From Rubripirellula sp. (lineage in GTDB: Bacteria > Planctomycetota > Planctomycetia > Pirellulales > Pirellulaceae), in NCBI GenBank assembly GCA_965216875.1, contig OZ244207.1, positions 7,040,001 through 7,104,000 on the forward strand: a stretch of 64,000 nucleotides of DNA, given 5' to 3'. The notes below the pieces were generated by a model, which ran no database searches, was not told where the DNA came from, and saw only the letters and a program-made list of their open reading frames with translations. The position numbers and the translations under genes were made by a program. Shown piece by piece: positions 9,109 through 17,552 of this stretch. Each line of letters opens with the position of its first letter. Positions within the stretch are counted from its first letter, which is position 1.

Positions 9109-10947
9109 TCAGAGTTCTTCGGCCAGCGCGTCGAGTTGTCGTTGGGCCTCCTCGACGGCCGGTTGCGCCCAGGCGTCTTCACCGTGAATCGTGACAATCC
9201 CTTCGAGTAGCTTTCGCGTTTCATCCACGGGCGCTTTTTCGACGCTGTCGCGGATCTTTTCGAGCAACTCTTTCGCCCGAGAGTCGATGGGGACTTCGGG
9301 TTGGCGGCCACGTAGCGTCTTGATCGCGTGCGTCGCAAGCTCAACCATTTCTTGTTCTTGCGGTTCCAAACGTTTGGTGGAACTGTCGTGGACATTCAAC
9401 CAGGCATCGAGTTGTGCAATCGCTTCGGTGGGCCGCTCCTCACGCGCGGTCATTGCGTCGAGAAACCCTTGTTCCATCGCATCCAATGGTTTCCCAAAAC
9501 GCGCGTTGAGTCGGCGAATGGTACGGACAAGCTTGGCATCGAGATAAAGTCCATGGACTTCATCAAACTGCTCTTCCTCGGTGAAGCGTCGCAGGTATTC
9601 CTCCATGGCTTGCATCCGCTGTGGACCGCCAGTTTCTTTTGCAACGATAACGTCATACAACTCGCTTGCGCCGCGCGAACGGGTTGATTGCAAGAACCAA
9701 ACGCCTCCGCCGAACATGCAAAGAAGGACGGCAACCAACAAAATGAGATTCAGCCTACCGCCTTCGGTTTCATTGGATGCCTTAAAAATACCGCTCGCCG
9801 AACTCGATTCATCGACCGTCTGGAAGTGTGTTTTCTTCTCTTCGACCAGAGGTTCGGATTCTCCAGGCATCGCGGTAGGGCCGGCGCCGGTGGCAAACGT
9901 TTGCTCGTCGGCCGAGTATTGGGAAACGCCTTTGGACTCCGCGCCGTCTCTGGAAACGCCCGGGCCACCTTTGGAGACAATGGTGCGGTGCTTTGAATCC
10001 TTTTTGTCGTCGGCGAGGCCCGTTGCGGCCGAACCGAGGCCACCGTCGGTAAGGTTGGTTTCGCGTTCTTCAGCCGCGCCGGCTTCGGTTGGCAACTCGT
10101 CGGCCAGGATGGTTTGTTCCCGTTGCAAGCCGGCTCGCATTGCCTTCAGGCGATTCATCACTGCAAGTGCGGTTGGCGGTCGATCGGCGGGGTCTTTCTC
10201 GAGCAGTTCGTGGACTAGAGACACGACGGCATCAGGGAGTTCGGGGTTGATCAAGCCGAGCGGAACGGGACGCTCGCGTTTGAGCGATTCAATCACCTCG
10301 GTGACTTTCTTGCCGGTGAACGGCGGTCGGCTTGTCAGCATCGCGTACATCACGCTTCCGAGCGCATAGAGGTCGGTTCGCGCTGTAATCCCGGTGCTGG
10401 AAGCTTGCTCGGGCGCCATGTAGTCGGCGGTGCCAAGCACGGAGCCAGCCATGGTTTGTTCGCCGTCGCCAAAGATCTTTGCGATGCCAAAGTCGACCAG
10501 TTTGACTTGATCGTTTTCGGTAATGATCAGGTTGGCTGGCTTGAGGTCACGGTGAATCACGCCGATGTCGTGAGCATGTTTGAGCGCCGCACAGATCTGA
10601 ATCGCGATGTCGATCGTGGTTTGCCAATCAAGGCGTTTCTCGCGTCGAATTCGCTTTTGTAAGGATTCGCCTTCGACGAGCTCCATTGAATAGAAAAGTT
10701 GGCCGCGTTCCTCGCCGAATCCAATCAGTCGGACGATCCCGTCGTGTCGCAGCCGTTGAAGCGTTTTGACTTCGGCGTCAAATCGACGACGAAAACGGGG
10801 TTCGTTGGCGACATGCGCCGCGATGAGTTTCACCGCCACTCGCTCGCCCGACTTGGCGTGCACGCCCGAATAGACCGTTCCCATTCCGCCACGACCGAGC
10901 GGTTCTTCGATACGGTAAGGTCCGAGAAATTCGAATTCTGACGACAT
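9109..10947 (-). CDS. Hanks-type Ser/Thr protein kinase with TM helix and extracytoplasmic C-terminus
   Basis: LGRGGMGTVY, VAVK, HRDLKPAN, DFGIAK, GTADYMAPE all intact; TM LILLVAVLLCMFGGGVWF. Confidence 0.95.
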   Translation of the reverse strand: MSSEFEFLGPYRIEEPLGRGGMGTVYSGVHAKSGERVAVKLIAAHVANEPRFRRRFDAEVKTLQRLRHDGIVRLIGFGEERGQLFYSMELVEGESLQKRIRREKRLDWQTTIDIAIQICAALKHAHDIGVIHRDLKPANLIITENDQVKLVDFGIAKIFGDGEQTMAGSVLGTADYMAPEQASSTGITARTDLYALGSVMYAMLTSRPPFTGKKVTEVIESLKRERPVPLGLINPELPDAVVSLVHELLEKDPADRPPTALAVMNRLKAMRAGLQREQTILADELPTEAGAAEERETNLTDGGLGSAATGLADDKKDSKHRTIVSKGGPGVSRDGAESKGVSQYSADEQTFATGAGPTAMPGESEPLVEEKKTHFQTVDESSSASGIFKASNETEGGRLNLILLVAVLLCMFGGGVWFLQSTRSRGASELYDVIVAKETGGPQRMQAMEEYLRRFTEEEQFDEVHGLYLDAKLVRTIRRLNARFGKPLDAMEQGFLDAMTAREERPTEAIAQLDAWLNVHDSSTKRLEPQEQEMVELATHAIKTLRGRQPEVPIDSRAKELLEKIRDSVEKAPVDETRKLLEGIVTIHGEDAWAQPAVEEAQRQLDALAEEL

Positions 10948-11068
10948 TTTTGTGGGCTGCGCAGTCGGGAAACGGAGAGTGAATCACATTCTAACCCGAT
11001 CTTGAGGATTGTCGGGTGCGGGGCAAATCCTCTTTCCCAGCCGACGGCAGTCCCCGTAAGATGCTGCC

Positions 11069-12781
11069 ATGAATGGAAGCGACTCAAATGTGAAGAATGA
11101 TCAACAGCCGAATGAAAAAGGCACGTCCTCGCCGAGGACGCGCAGGTTTCTCGGTTGGTCAGCCGCCTCAGCCTTGCTGCTTTGGCTTTCACAGCCCCCG
11201 TTTGCAATTTGGCCCGTCGCAACCATCGCTCTGGTTCCGTGGTTGTTCGTCATCGCATGGCCGACACGGATGACACGTCGTGAGGGCGCCGCCATTTGGT
11301 TGGTCGCGACGATCTATTGGTTGGTCACACTTCAAGGTCTGCGAAACGCCCATCCAGTGATGTACGTCAGTTGGATGGCATTGTCGGCATACCTCGCGGT
11401 CTACCCGCTGTTGTTTGTGCTGATCACGCGTCGCTTGGTGCGACGTCGTGTACCGCTAGTCCTTTCCGCCCCGATCGCCTGGGTCGGATGTGAATGCGTG
11501 CGCAACTATTTTCTTAGCGGTATCTCGGCAGCAATGCTTGGGCACACCATGGCCGATGTTCCGGACATGATCCAAATCGCTGATCTGTTTGGAACGTACG
11601 GTGTGAGCTGGCTTTTGGTGACCGTCAACGTGGCGGTCTTTCTGTTGGTGCAAGCGGTACGCGGTCAAGCGAAATGGAAGGCGGCGATTCCGTCGGCGGT
11701 TGTGGCAAGTCTTCTCGTGATCGCGACGGTTGGGTATGGACGTGTGCGTCGCGGCGAGCCGCTTGAGGATTCACTGGCGACCTTTGCATTGATTCAGCGA
11801 AGTGAAGTGGTCGAGTACGTCCAAGACCTCGCCCGCGAAACTGAAATGTTCCAAAACTACGCGCTCGAGACTCTCGAAGCGCTGCGAGGAAGCCAGCAAC
11901 CTGTCAACGCCATCGTGTGGCCCGAATCGATGTACACCGGTGGAAGTCCCTGGTGGATCGCTGAAAAGGACGCCGTGCTTCCCGTTGAAGAAGTCGAATT
12001 CACTCGCGAGGAGTTCGAGTTGGCGATCAAACAGCGCCAAGACATCTTCGTCGATCGATCTCGATACATGCAGGTGAACCTGGCAACGGTCAACGGTACA
12101 CCTCCCAAGCCACCGCATTTGATTGTGGGTTGCGGCGTCGTCCGCTATCACGAGCGAAAGGACATGCACAGTGGCGTGGTTCATGTCGACGGTAAGGGGA
12201 ACGTCGCCGACTGGTACGGGAAAACGCACTTGGTTCTGATCGGCGAATATGTGCCGATCATCCCCAGCCTGCCCGTGATCGGAAACTTGGTGCCCGAATC
12301 GCTGACATTGAAACCTGGGCCTGGACCCATCACGCTTGATGTTGATGGGACGCGCGTTTCACCGAGCATATGCATTGAGACTGCGGTCGAACGGGTAACC
12401 GTCAACCAAATCGCCGAACTGCGCCAGCGCGGTGAGATGCCCGACGTCGTCGTCAACGTGACCAACGATGGTTGGTTTGATCAGTCATCCGTGATCGACC
12501 ACCACCTTCGCAGCGGGCAACTGGTTGCGGTGGCGTGCCGCCGACCAATCCTTTCGGCGGCCAACAATGGACCGACCGCTTGGATCGATAGCTACGGCCA
12601 GCTCGTCGAGAGGTTGCCCACCGGGTCGTCGGGCAACATCATCGCCAAGCCACTCAAGGATCAACGCACAAGCCTCTATGTACTTATTGGCGATTGGCCG
12701 GCAAGAATCGTCGCCTTGATCGCGATGATCGCGTTGGTGCTGCCTTCGAAACCGCGCGAGTCGACGGATAACGATCAGTAG
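11069..12781 (+). CDS. lnt: apolipoprotein N-acyltransferase
   Basis: Multi-TM N-terminus with QIADLFGTYGVS; nitrilase triad motifs WPES, YGKTHLVLIGEY, ICIE; VTNDGWF, AANNGPT. Confidence 0.92.
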   Translation: MNGSDSNVKNDQQPNEKGTSSPRTRRFLGWSAASALLLWLSQPPFAIWPVATIALVPWLFVIAWPTRMTRREGAAIWLVATIYWLVTLQGLRNAHPVMYVSWMALSAYLAVYPLLFVLITRRLVRRRVPLVLSAPIAWVGCECVRNYFLSGISAAMLGHTMADVPDMIQIADLFGTYGVSWLLVTVNVAVFLLVQAVRGQAKWKAAIPSAVVASLLVIATVGYGRVRRGEPLEDSLATFALIQRSEVVEYVQDLARETEMFQNYALETLEALRGSQQPVNAIVWPESMYTGGSPWWIAEKDAVLPVEEVEFTREEFELAIKQRQDIFVDRSRYMQVNLATVNGTPPKPPHLIVGCGVVRYHERKDMHSGVVHVDGKGNVADWYGKTHLVLIGEYVPIIPSLPVIGNLVPESLTLKPGPGPITLDVDGTRVSPSICIETAVERVTVNQIAELRQRGEMPDVVVNVTNDGWFDQSSVIDHHLRSGQLVAVACRRPILSAANNGPTAWIDSYGQLVERLPTGSSGNIIAKPLKDQRTSLYVLIGDWPARIVALIAMIALVLPSKPRESTDNDQ

Positions 12782-13836
12782 CGGTATTCCTTCGAAACCG
12801 CGCCCATCTTGCCGCGTTTGCGACCATCACCTGTGGTCGCTCCATTGTCAAAGACAAACCAAGTCTTGAAGGTACCACGGCGCGTCGGTTCCGAGACGCG
12901 CACCGAGAACGAACCGTCGCGTTTCACTTTGCCAACGTAATGCTTGGTCCAGTACTCGCCCGGTCGTGATTCGGATTCGTCCGCGACAATCGCAAACATT
13001 GGTCGCCGGTTTGCGCGAACCTTGCCGCTAATATCGACTGCTTTCTCTTGGCGATTGACCGTGTACTTCATGTCGGCAACGCTCAGCCTTGGAAGCCGAC
13101 CGCGATCGTCGGTAACGCCACGGAAGGTGGGATGATGCGCGATCAACGCTGCGGCCGCTTCGCTCAAATAGACCCTCGGCTCGGGGGCTTTCACGATTCG
13201 GCGGAACGAGGGGTGGTTCGGGCCCATCAAAGTGTTGCCTGCCATGTCACCAGTACGTGGGCCGATGTGCGGCAATTGAAACCCGTGTCCCAGTTCGTGG
13301 ATCATTCCTTTGAGAGTCAGGTCTGCCAAGAACTTGTCGCCAAGCGGTTTTGCATTGTCGATCTTTCCCGGTGTTGAATCGTAATTGCAAACCGACCAGC
13401 CTCCGATTTTTGGAGCGAACCCACCGCGGTAGTTTGCAAAACGAGTGGGCGGGTCACCTTTGTAAACGAAGATCCACCACACCTGGCGGGCATCATCAAT
13501 CGGATGATCCTTTTTCGCCGCTGCGATCGCTTCTTCTTTGAGCGACGGATCCTTGTAGTCCGAAGCGGGCTTCGATCCCTTCACCACCGTGACTTCGGCG
13601 TGCCCGTCAGATGTGCGACGAAAGGGCGACACGACGTCGTTGTGCCCCCAACGTTTGAGTCCGTCGATGAAGAAGTTCTCGGTGTAGTCAATCGTTTCGT
13701 CCATCCGCTGTTGGTAGCCGGCCGGCACCTCAACGTCGTTAGGAACAAAAAGTATGACATGCACCTGGCAGGGTGGCGCAGCGACCAGAGTGGAGGCAAT
13801 GCAAACAACAAGAGCGATAGGGAGGGCACCACGCAT
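12775..13836 (-). CDS. secreted zinc metallopeptidase-like protein
   Basis: Signal peptide; HELGHGFQLPH (HExxHxxxxxH) followed by an LMG Met-turn-like motif. Confidence 0.75.
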   Translation of the reverse strand: MRGALPIALVVCIASTLVAAPPCQVHVILFVPNDVEVPAGYQQRMDETIDYTENFFIDGLKRWGHNDVVSPFRRTSDGHAEVTVVKGSKPASDYKDPSLKEEAIAAAKKDHPIDDARQVWWIFVYKGDPPTRFANYRGGFAPKIGGWSVCNYDSTPGKIDNAKPLGDKFLADLTLKGMIHELGHGFQLPHIGPRTGDMAGNTLMGPNHPSFRRIVKAPEPRVYLSEAAAALIAHHPTFRGVTDDRGRLPRLSVADMKYTVNRQEKAVDISGKVRANRRPMFAIVADESESRPGEYWTKHYVGKVKRDGSFSVRVSEPTRRGTFKTWFVFDNGATTGDGRKRGKMGAVSKEYRY

Positions 13837-13932
13837 GGCAGGTCTTTGGGCAAGGCGGGAGATGATCGAAGCTTCTGTTCAGCGGGAAATTGTAATGGCA
13901 TATCTTGGGTAAAGGCCGCGACTTTGCCAACT

Positions 13933-14008
13933 TGAGCCGTACGCGCTAGCGTCGGGCCTTGCGAGATGCGCTAAGAGTGAAAGGCCCGACGCTAGCGCGT
14001 TCGGCTCA
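13933..14008. repeat. inverted pair of family A repeats (REPIN-like)
   Basis: TGAGCCGTACGCGCTAGCGTCGGGCCTT...AAGGCCCGACGCTAGCGCGTTCGGCTCA. Confidence 0.88.
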
Positions 14009-14029
14009 TGGTGGTTTGGCATTCTCATT

Positions 14030-14067
14030 AAAAACCTCCCCGCGAATTTTCACGGGGAGGTTCTTTT
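14030..14067 (-). terminator. intrinsic terminator downstream of the EF-G paralog (possibly bidirectional)
   Basis: AAAAACCTCCCCGCG-AATTTT-CACGGGGAGGTTCTTTT hairpin flanked by A and T runs. Confidence 0.75.
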
Positions 14068-14095
14068 GGAAATCGATCGAAGGCATTGTGCGGCG

Positions 14096-16198
14096 TTAGC
14101 TCGCCACTTCCTCTTCCGACTCTTGCTTGGACGCCGCCATCAACGAACGCTGGACATCGCCGGGCACCGTTTCATAGTGGCTGAAACTAATCGTGTAGCT
14201 TCCTTGACCACCTGTGACGCTGGAAAGCGTTCGGTTGTAGTGGCCGACCGCGCGAAGCGGGACTTCGCATTCGATCTGTTGCAATCCACCGCCAATCGCG
14301 TCGCTTCCGAGCACACGACCGCCGCGGCTGCTCATGTCGCTGTAAATATCGCCGACATGATCTTCGGGCGTGGTCACATGCATCATCACCACAGGTTCAA
14401 GCAAGGCTGGTTTTGCTTTCAAGAAGATGTCGCGAAAGCAAAGGCTGGCGGCCATCTTGAATGCCGCTTCGCTACTGTCGACAGGATGGTGTTTACCAAA
14501 GTGCACTTCGACCGCAACGTCCTGGATCGTGTAGCCCGCGATCACGCCGCGAGTGAGCCGTTCCAAGAATCCTTTTTCGATTGCAGGCATGAAGTTACCT
14601 GGGATCACGCCACCGACAATCGAATCGACCCACAAGAAATTGCTTTCGGGGTGGTAGTGATGCGATTTCATCGATGGGAAACGCGCTTTGGTCGCAAACG
14701 ACTCAATGTCCGTTCCGCGAGGCAGCGGCATCATGCGAATATGCACTTCGCCGAACTGGCCGCGTCCACCACTCTGTTTCTTGTGCCGATAACTTCCATC
14801 GGCGGGCTGAGTGATGGTTTCGCGGTAGGGGATTCGAGGGTCGTGTGTTTCGACCTCGATCTTGTCCCGTCGCAACAATCGCTCCTGCAAGATCTGCAGA
14901 TGCAATTCACTCGTGCCCGTCATCACCATTTCGCTGGTTTGCGGGTCACGGGTCAGCGTGAGCGTCGGGTCTTCCTCGGTCAATTTGTGTAACGCGACGG
15001 CGAGTTTGTTTTCGTCGCCACGCTTGCTGGTCGAAATCGCTACGCCGACCATCGGTTCGGGGAACCCGATCGCGGGCAGTTCGTTGGCGCCAAGTGATGA
15101 CCCGACGTGCAGGTCGTCCATTTTGGCGATCGCGATGATGTCGCCAGCCGACGCCGATTCAATTTGCTCGGTCTGTTCGCCTTGAATGCGAAGCAGCGGG
15201 TTGAGCTTCACGTCTTTTCGCACGCCGCTGACGTGAACGGCCTGATCTTTGGCGAGCGAGCCGCTGTAGATACGAATGTAGCTCAGCTTCTGAACAAACG
15301 GGTCGACACGAACCTTGAAAACTTGAGCTGACAAGGGAGCATCGGCGGTTTGGTCAATCACCACCGCGTTTCCTTCGGCGTCCGTAGCCGTTCGCTCGAT
15401 CTCGTGAGGTTCGGGTGTGATCGCTTCCCACACATCAAGCATTTCTTTCAAGCCGACGCCTGTTGTTGCAGAAACACATAAAACAGGAATGACTTCGCCC
15501 GCCGCAGTTGCTTCTTCGAGCAACCGAGCAAGTGTTGTGGCGTCAGGCATGACTCCTTCGAAATATTGCTCCATCAGCGTCTCGTCCGTTTCAACCAGTT
15601 TTTCAACCAGTTGTTCGTGGGCGAGTGCCAAGTTCATCACGGCGCCTTGAGCTTCACCGGGAAGTTCGATGGTCGATGCGACTTCGGTGAAAGAGTCGCC
15701 TTGGCCGACGGGGACTTGGACCGGGATCACACCGCTGCCCCATAGTTCGCGGCACTGATCGAACAGGCTGCTGAAATCGGCTTGGGGGTCATCCAGTTTG
15801 GTGACCACAATCATTCGGGCGATGCCCGCTTTTTCCGCCTCTTCCATCGCCCGGCGAGTATTCAACTGAATGCCGTCGTGAGCGTTGATGCAAACCACGG
15901 CACAGTCCGCCGCCGCGATGGCTCCAATCATGCCCGAGATAAAGTCCGAGTAACCCGGTGTGTCGAGAACGTTGAATTGAGTCTTGCCGTGAGAGAAGTG
16001 GACCAGAGAAGACTCGATAGAATGCCCGTGCTTTTTTTCTTCTTCGTCAAAGTCGCTGATGCTGGTCTGGTCAGCGACATCCGGAGTCCCTTCAACGGTT
16101 CCGGTCTCGGCCAACAAGCGATCCACGAGCGTCGTCTTGCCGGCCGATGCGTGGCCGCAGATCGCTAGATTCCTCCTCGAGGCAGTGGAACTTGCCAT
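14096..16198 (-). CDS. elongation factor G-like protein (EF-G2 type paralog)
   Basis: RNLAICGHASAGKTT, DTPGYSDF, TKLD, EEDPT, GTSELHL, YRETI, HKKQSGGRGQFG, HPVDSSEAAF, LLEPV; stand-alone, not in an rpsL-rpsG-fusA-tuf context. Confidence 0.92.
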   Translation of the reverse strand: MASSTASRRNLAICGHASAGKTTLVDRLLAETGTVEGTPDVADQTSISDFDEEEKKHGHSIESSLVHFSHGKTQFNVLDTPGYSDFISGMIGAIAAADCAVVCINAHDGIQLNTRRAMEEAEKAGIARMIVVTKLDDPQADFSSLFDQCRELWGSGVIPVQVPVGQGDSFTEVASTIELPGEAQGAVMNLALAHEQLVEKLVETDETLMEQYFEGVMPDATTLARLLEEATAAGEVIPVLCVSATTGVGLKEMLDVWEAITPEPHEIERTATDAEGNAVVIDQTADAPLSAQVFKVRVDPFVQKLSYIRIYSGSLAKDQAVHVSGVRKDVKLNPLLRIQGEQTEQIESASAGDIIAIAKMDDLHVGSSLGANELPAIGFPEPMVGVAISTSKRGDENKLAVALHKLTEEDPTLTLTRDPQTSEMVMTGTSELHLQILQERLLRRDKIEVETHDPRIPYRETITQPADGSYRHKKQSGGRGQFGEVHIRMMPLPRGTDIESFATKARFPSMKSHHYHPESNFLWVDSIVGGVIPGNFMPAIEKGFLERLTRGVIAGYTIQDVAVEVHFGKHHPVDSSEAAFKMAASLCFRDIFLKAKPALLEPVVMMHVTTPEDHVGDIYSDMSSRGGRVLGSDAIGGGLQQIECEVPLRAVGHYNRTLSSVTGGQGSYTISFSHYETVPGDVQRSLMAASKQESEEEVAS

Positions 16199-16317
16199 AA
16201 CTCAGTCTCCTTCAAGAAAAGTCGGCAGCTGATGCCAACCCCCAGGCTGGCCAAGCCACCAAGCGGAAGATAACACTCCAATGTACGGGGCTCTGAGTCG
16301 CTATGCAAAGAAATTAG

Positions 16318-17328
16318 GTGGTCCAGACCCACCTTAGCGACGATTTGACGCCATGGGAGGGGCGATCAGATTGCCCTCGTTCCCAAGCCTCGCCACTCGA
16401 TCACCACCAAGAGGTAGGATCAGAAACAGGTGCACAGGACGATGCGATCTTCGCACCGGCGTTGGATCGCGAAATCGCCCTTGCTCGGCGTCGAATGATT
16501 TTCTACCTATGCGGAATGAGCGACGCGGAACAAACCGAAGCTGGGCGCTTTGCGCTCCATCGCATCCCCAACAGCCTCGTGGTGTTGTTGGCCGTTGCGC
16601 TCTTGCTGCGCGGGCCCGCGGGCGCTTTTGAAGCCTTCTGGACCTACACCAAATCCCTGGTCGAAACGTTGTTTGGCGGCGAAGCCGTCTTCGTCGAAGT
16701 CCTCTGCCAAACCGCTCCACTGACACTTTCGGCTGCGGTCATCACCTTCTTTTATCGGTGCCGCGTTCTCAGTTTGCGAACGCTGCCGTCAATCGTTGGA
16801 TGCAGTGTGATTGTGGTTGGCGCCACCTGGATGGGCGGACAATTGCGAAGTGTGTCGGCAAGTCACTTGAAGCCCGCGAAATCGGAAGCGTCGGATGGAC
16901 CGACACAGTCACCGTTGATCATTGGCGCATCGACTTCGGCAATTGGACTGCCGCTTCAAACCGCATCGCATCGGCAACCGCTTGCGACGATCTCGCGCGA
17001 TCAGATCGCAGTTGCCAACGAGATGCCCGAAGAGATCGATCACACCATCTCGGTTGAAGAAGCTGTTGATAGGATCTTGGACTTTGACGATGTCACAACC
17101 GACGCTGCAAAACACGATTGGCGTGACAACGTTCCGCGCGTCGCACTGCTGCCAGAGCCAGGCAGTGTGATCGGGGTCGTCGCCAAAGCGATCAACCAAG
17201 TCCTCGGGTATCTGGCCTACTACCGGCCGCGGCTGTTCTTTGCCGCGATCATGATCGGTGTCTACATCGGCTGGAGTTGGCAACCCTACTTCGAGTCACT
17301 CGCGCTCGGCCTCGTGCGGCATAGTTAG
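16318..17328 (+). CDS. hypothetical membrane protein
   Basis: 336-aa ORF with 3-4 hydrophobic segments, divergent from the EF-G paralog; start uncertain. Confidence 0.6.
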   Translation: MVQTHLSDDLTPWEGRSDCPRSQASPLDHHQEVGSETGAQDDAIFAPALDREIALARRRMIFYLCGMSDAEQTEAGRFALHRIPNSLVVLLAVALLLRGPAGAFEAFWTYTKSLVETLFGGEAVFVEVLCQTAPLTLSAAVITFFYRCRVLSLRTLPSIVGCSVIVVGATWMGGQLRSVSASHLKPAKSEASDGPTQSPLIIGASTSAIGLPLQTASHRQPLATISRDQIAVANEMPEEIDHTISVEEAVDRILDFDDVTTDAAKHDWRDNVPRVALLPEPGSVIGVVAKAINQVLGYLAYYRPRLFFAAIMIGVYIGWSWQPYFESLALGLVRHS

Positions 17329-17332
17329 ACGC

Positions 17333-17413
17333 GTAGGCCGGATCAAGGAGCGACAGCGACACAGATCCGGCAAGAACTACTCTGTGTCGCTGTCGCTCCT
17401 TGATCCGGCCTAC
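17333..17413. repeat. family C REP inverted doublet
   Basis: GTAGGCCGGATCAAGGAGCGACAGCGACACAGA...TCTGTGTCGCTGTCGCTCCTTGATCCGGCCTAC, perfect inverted repeat. Confidence 0.9.
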
Positions 17414-17440
17414 ATGGCTTCACGCTTTCCTCTCAAAGAC

Positions 17441-17508
17441 ATAGTCGCCTTTCGCTCCGCGAAAGTAGTGCTCTTGAACGCAACTTTCGCGGAGCGAAAG
17501 GCGACTAT
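17441..17508. repeat. long perfect inverted repeat (family D)
   Basis: ATAGTCGCCTTTCGCTCCGCGAAAGT...ACTTTCGCGGAGCGAAAGGCGACTAT; each arm has its own internal hairpin (CTTTCGC-TCC-GCGAAAG). Confidence 0.85.
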
Positions 17509-17552
17509 CAAGAAACCACAGCCAGGCGGCAGATTGTCATGCGGAGCATGAC

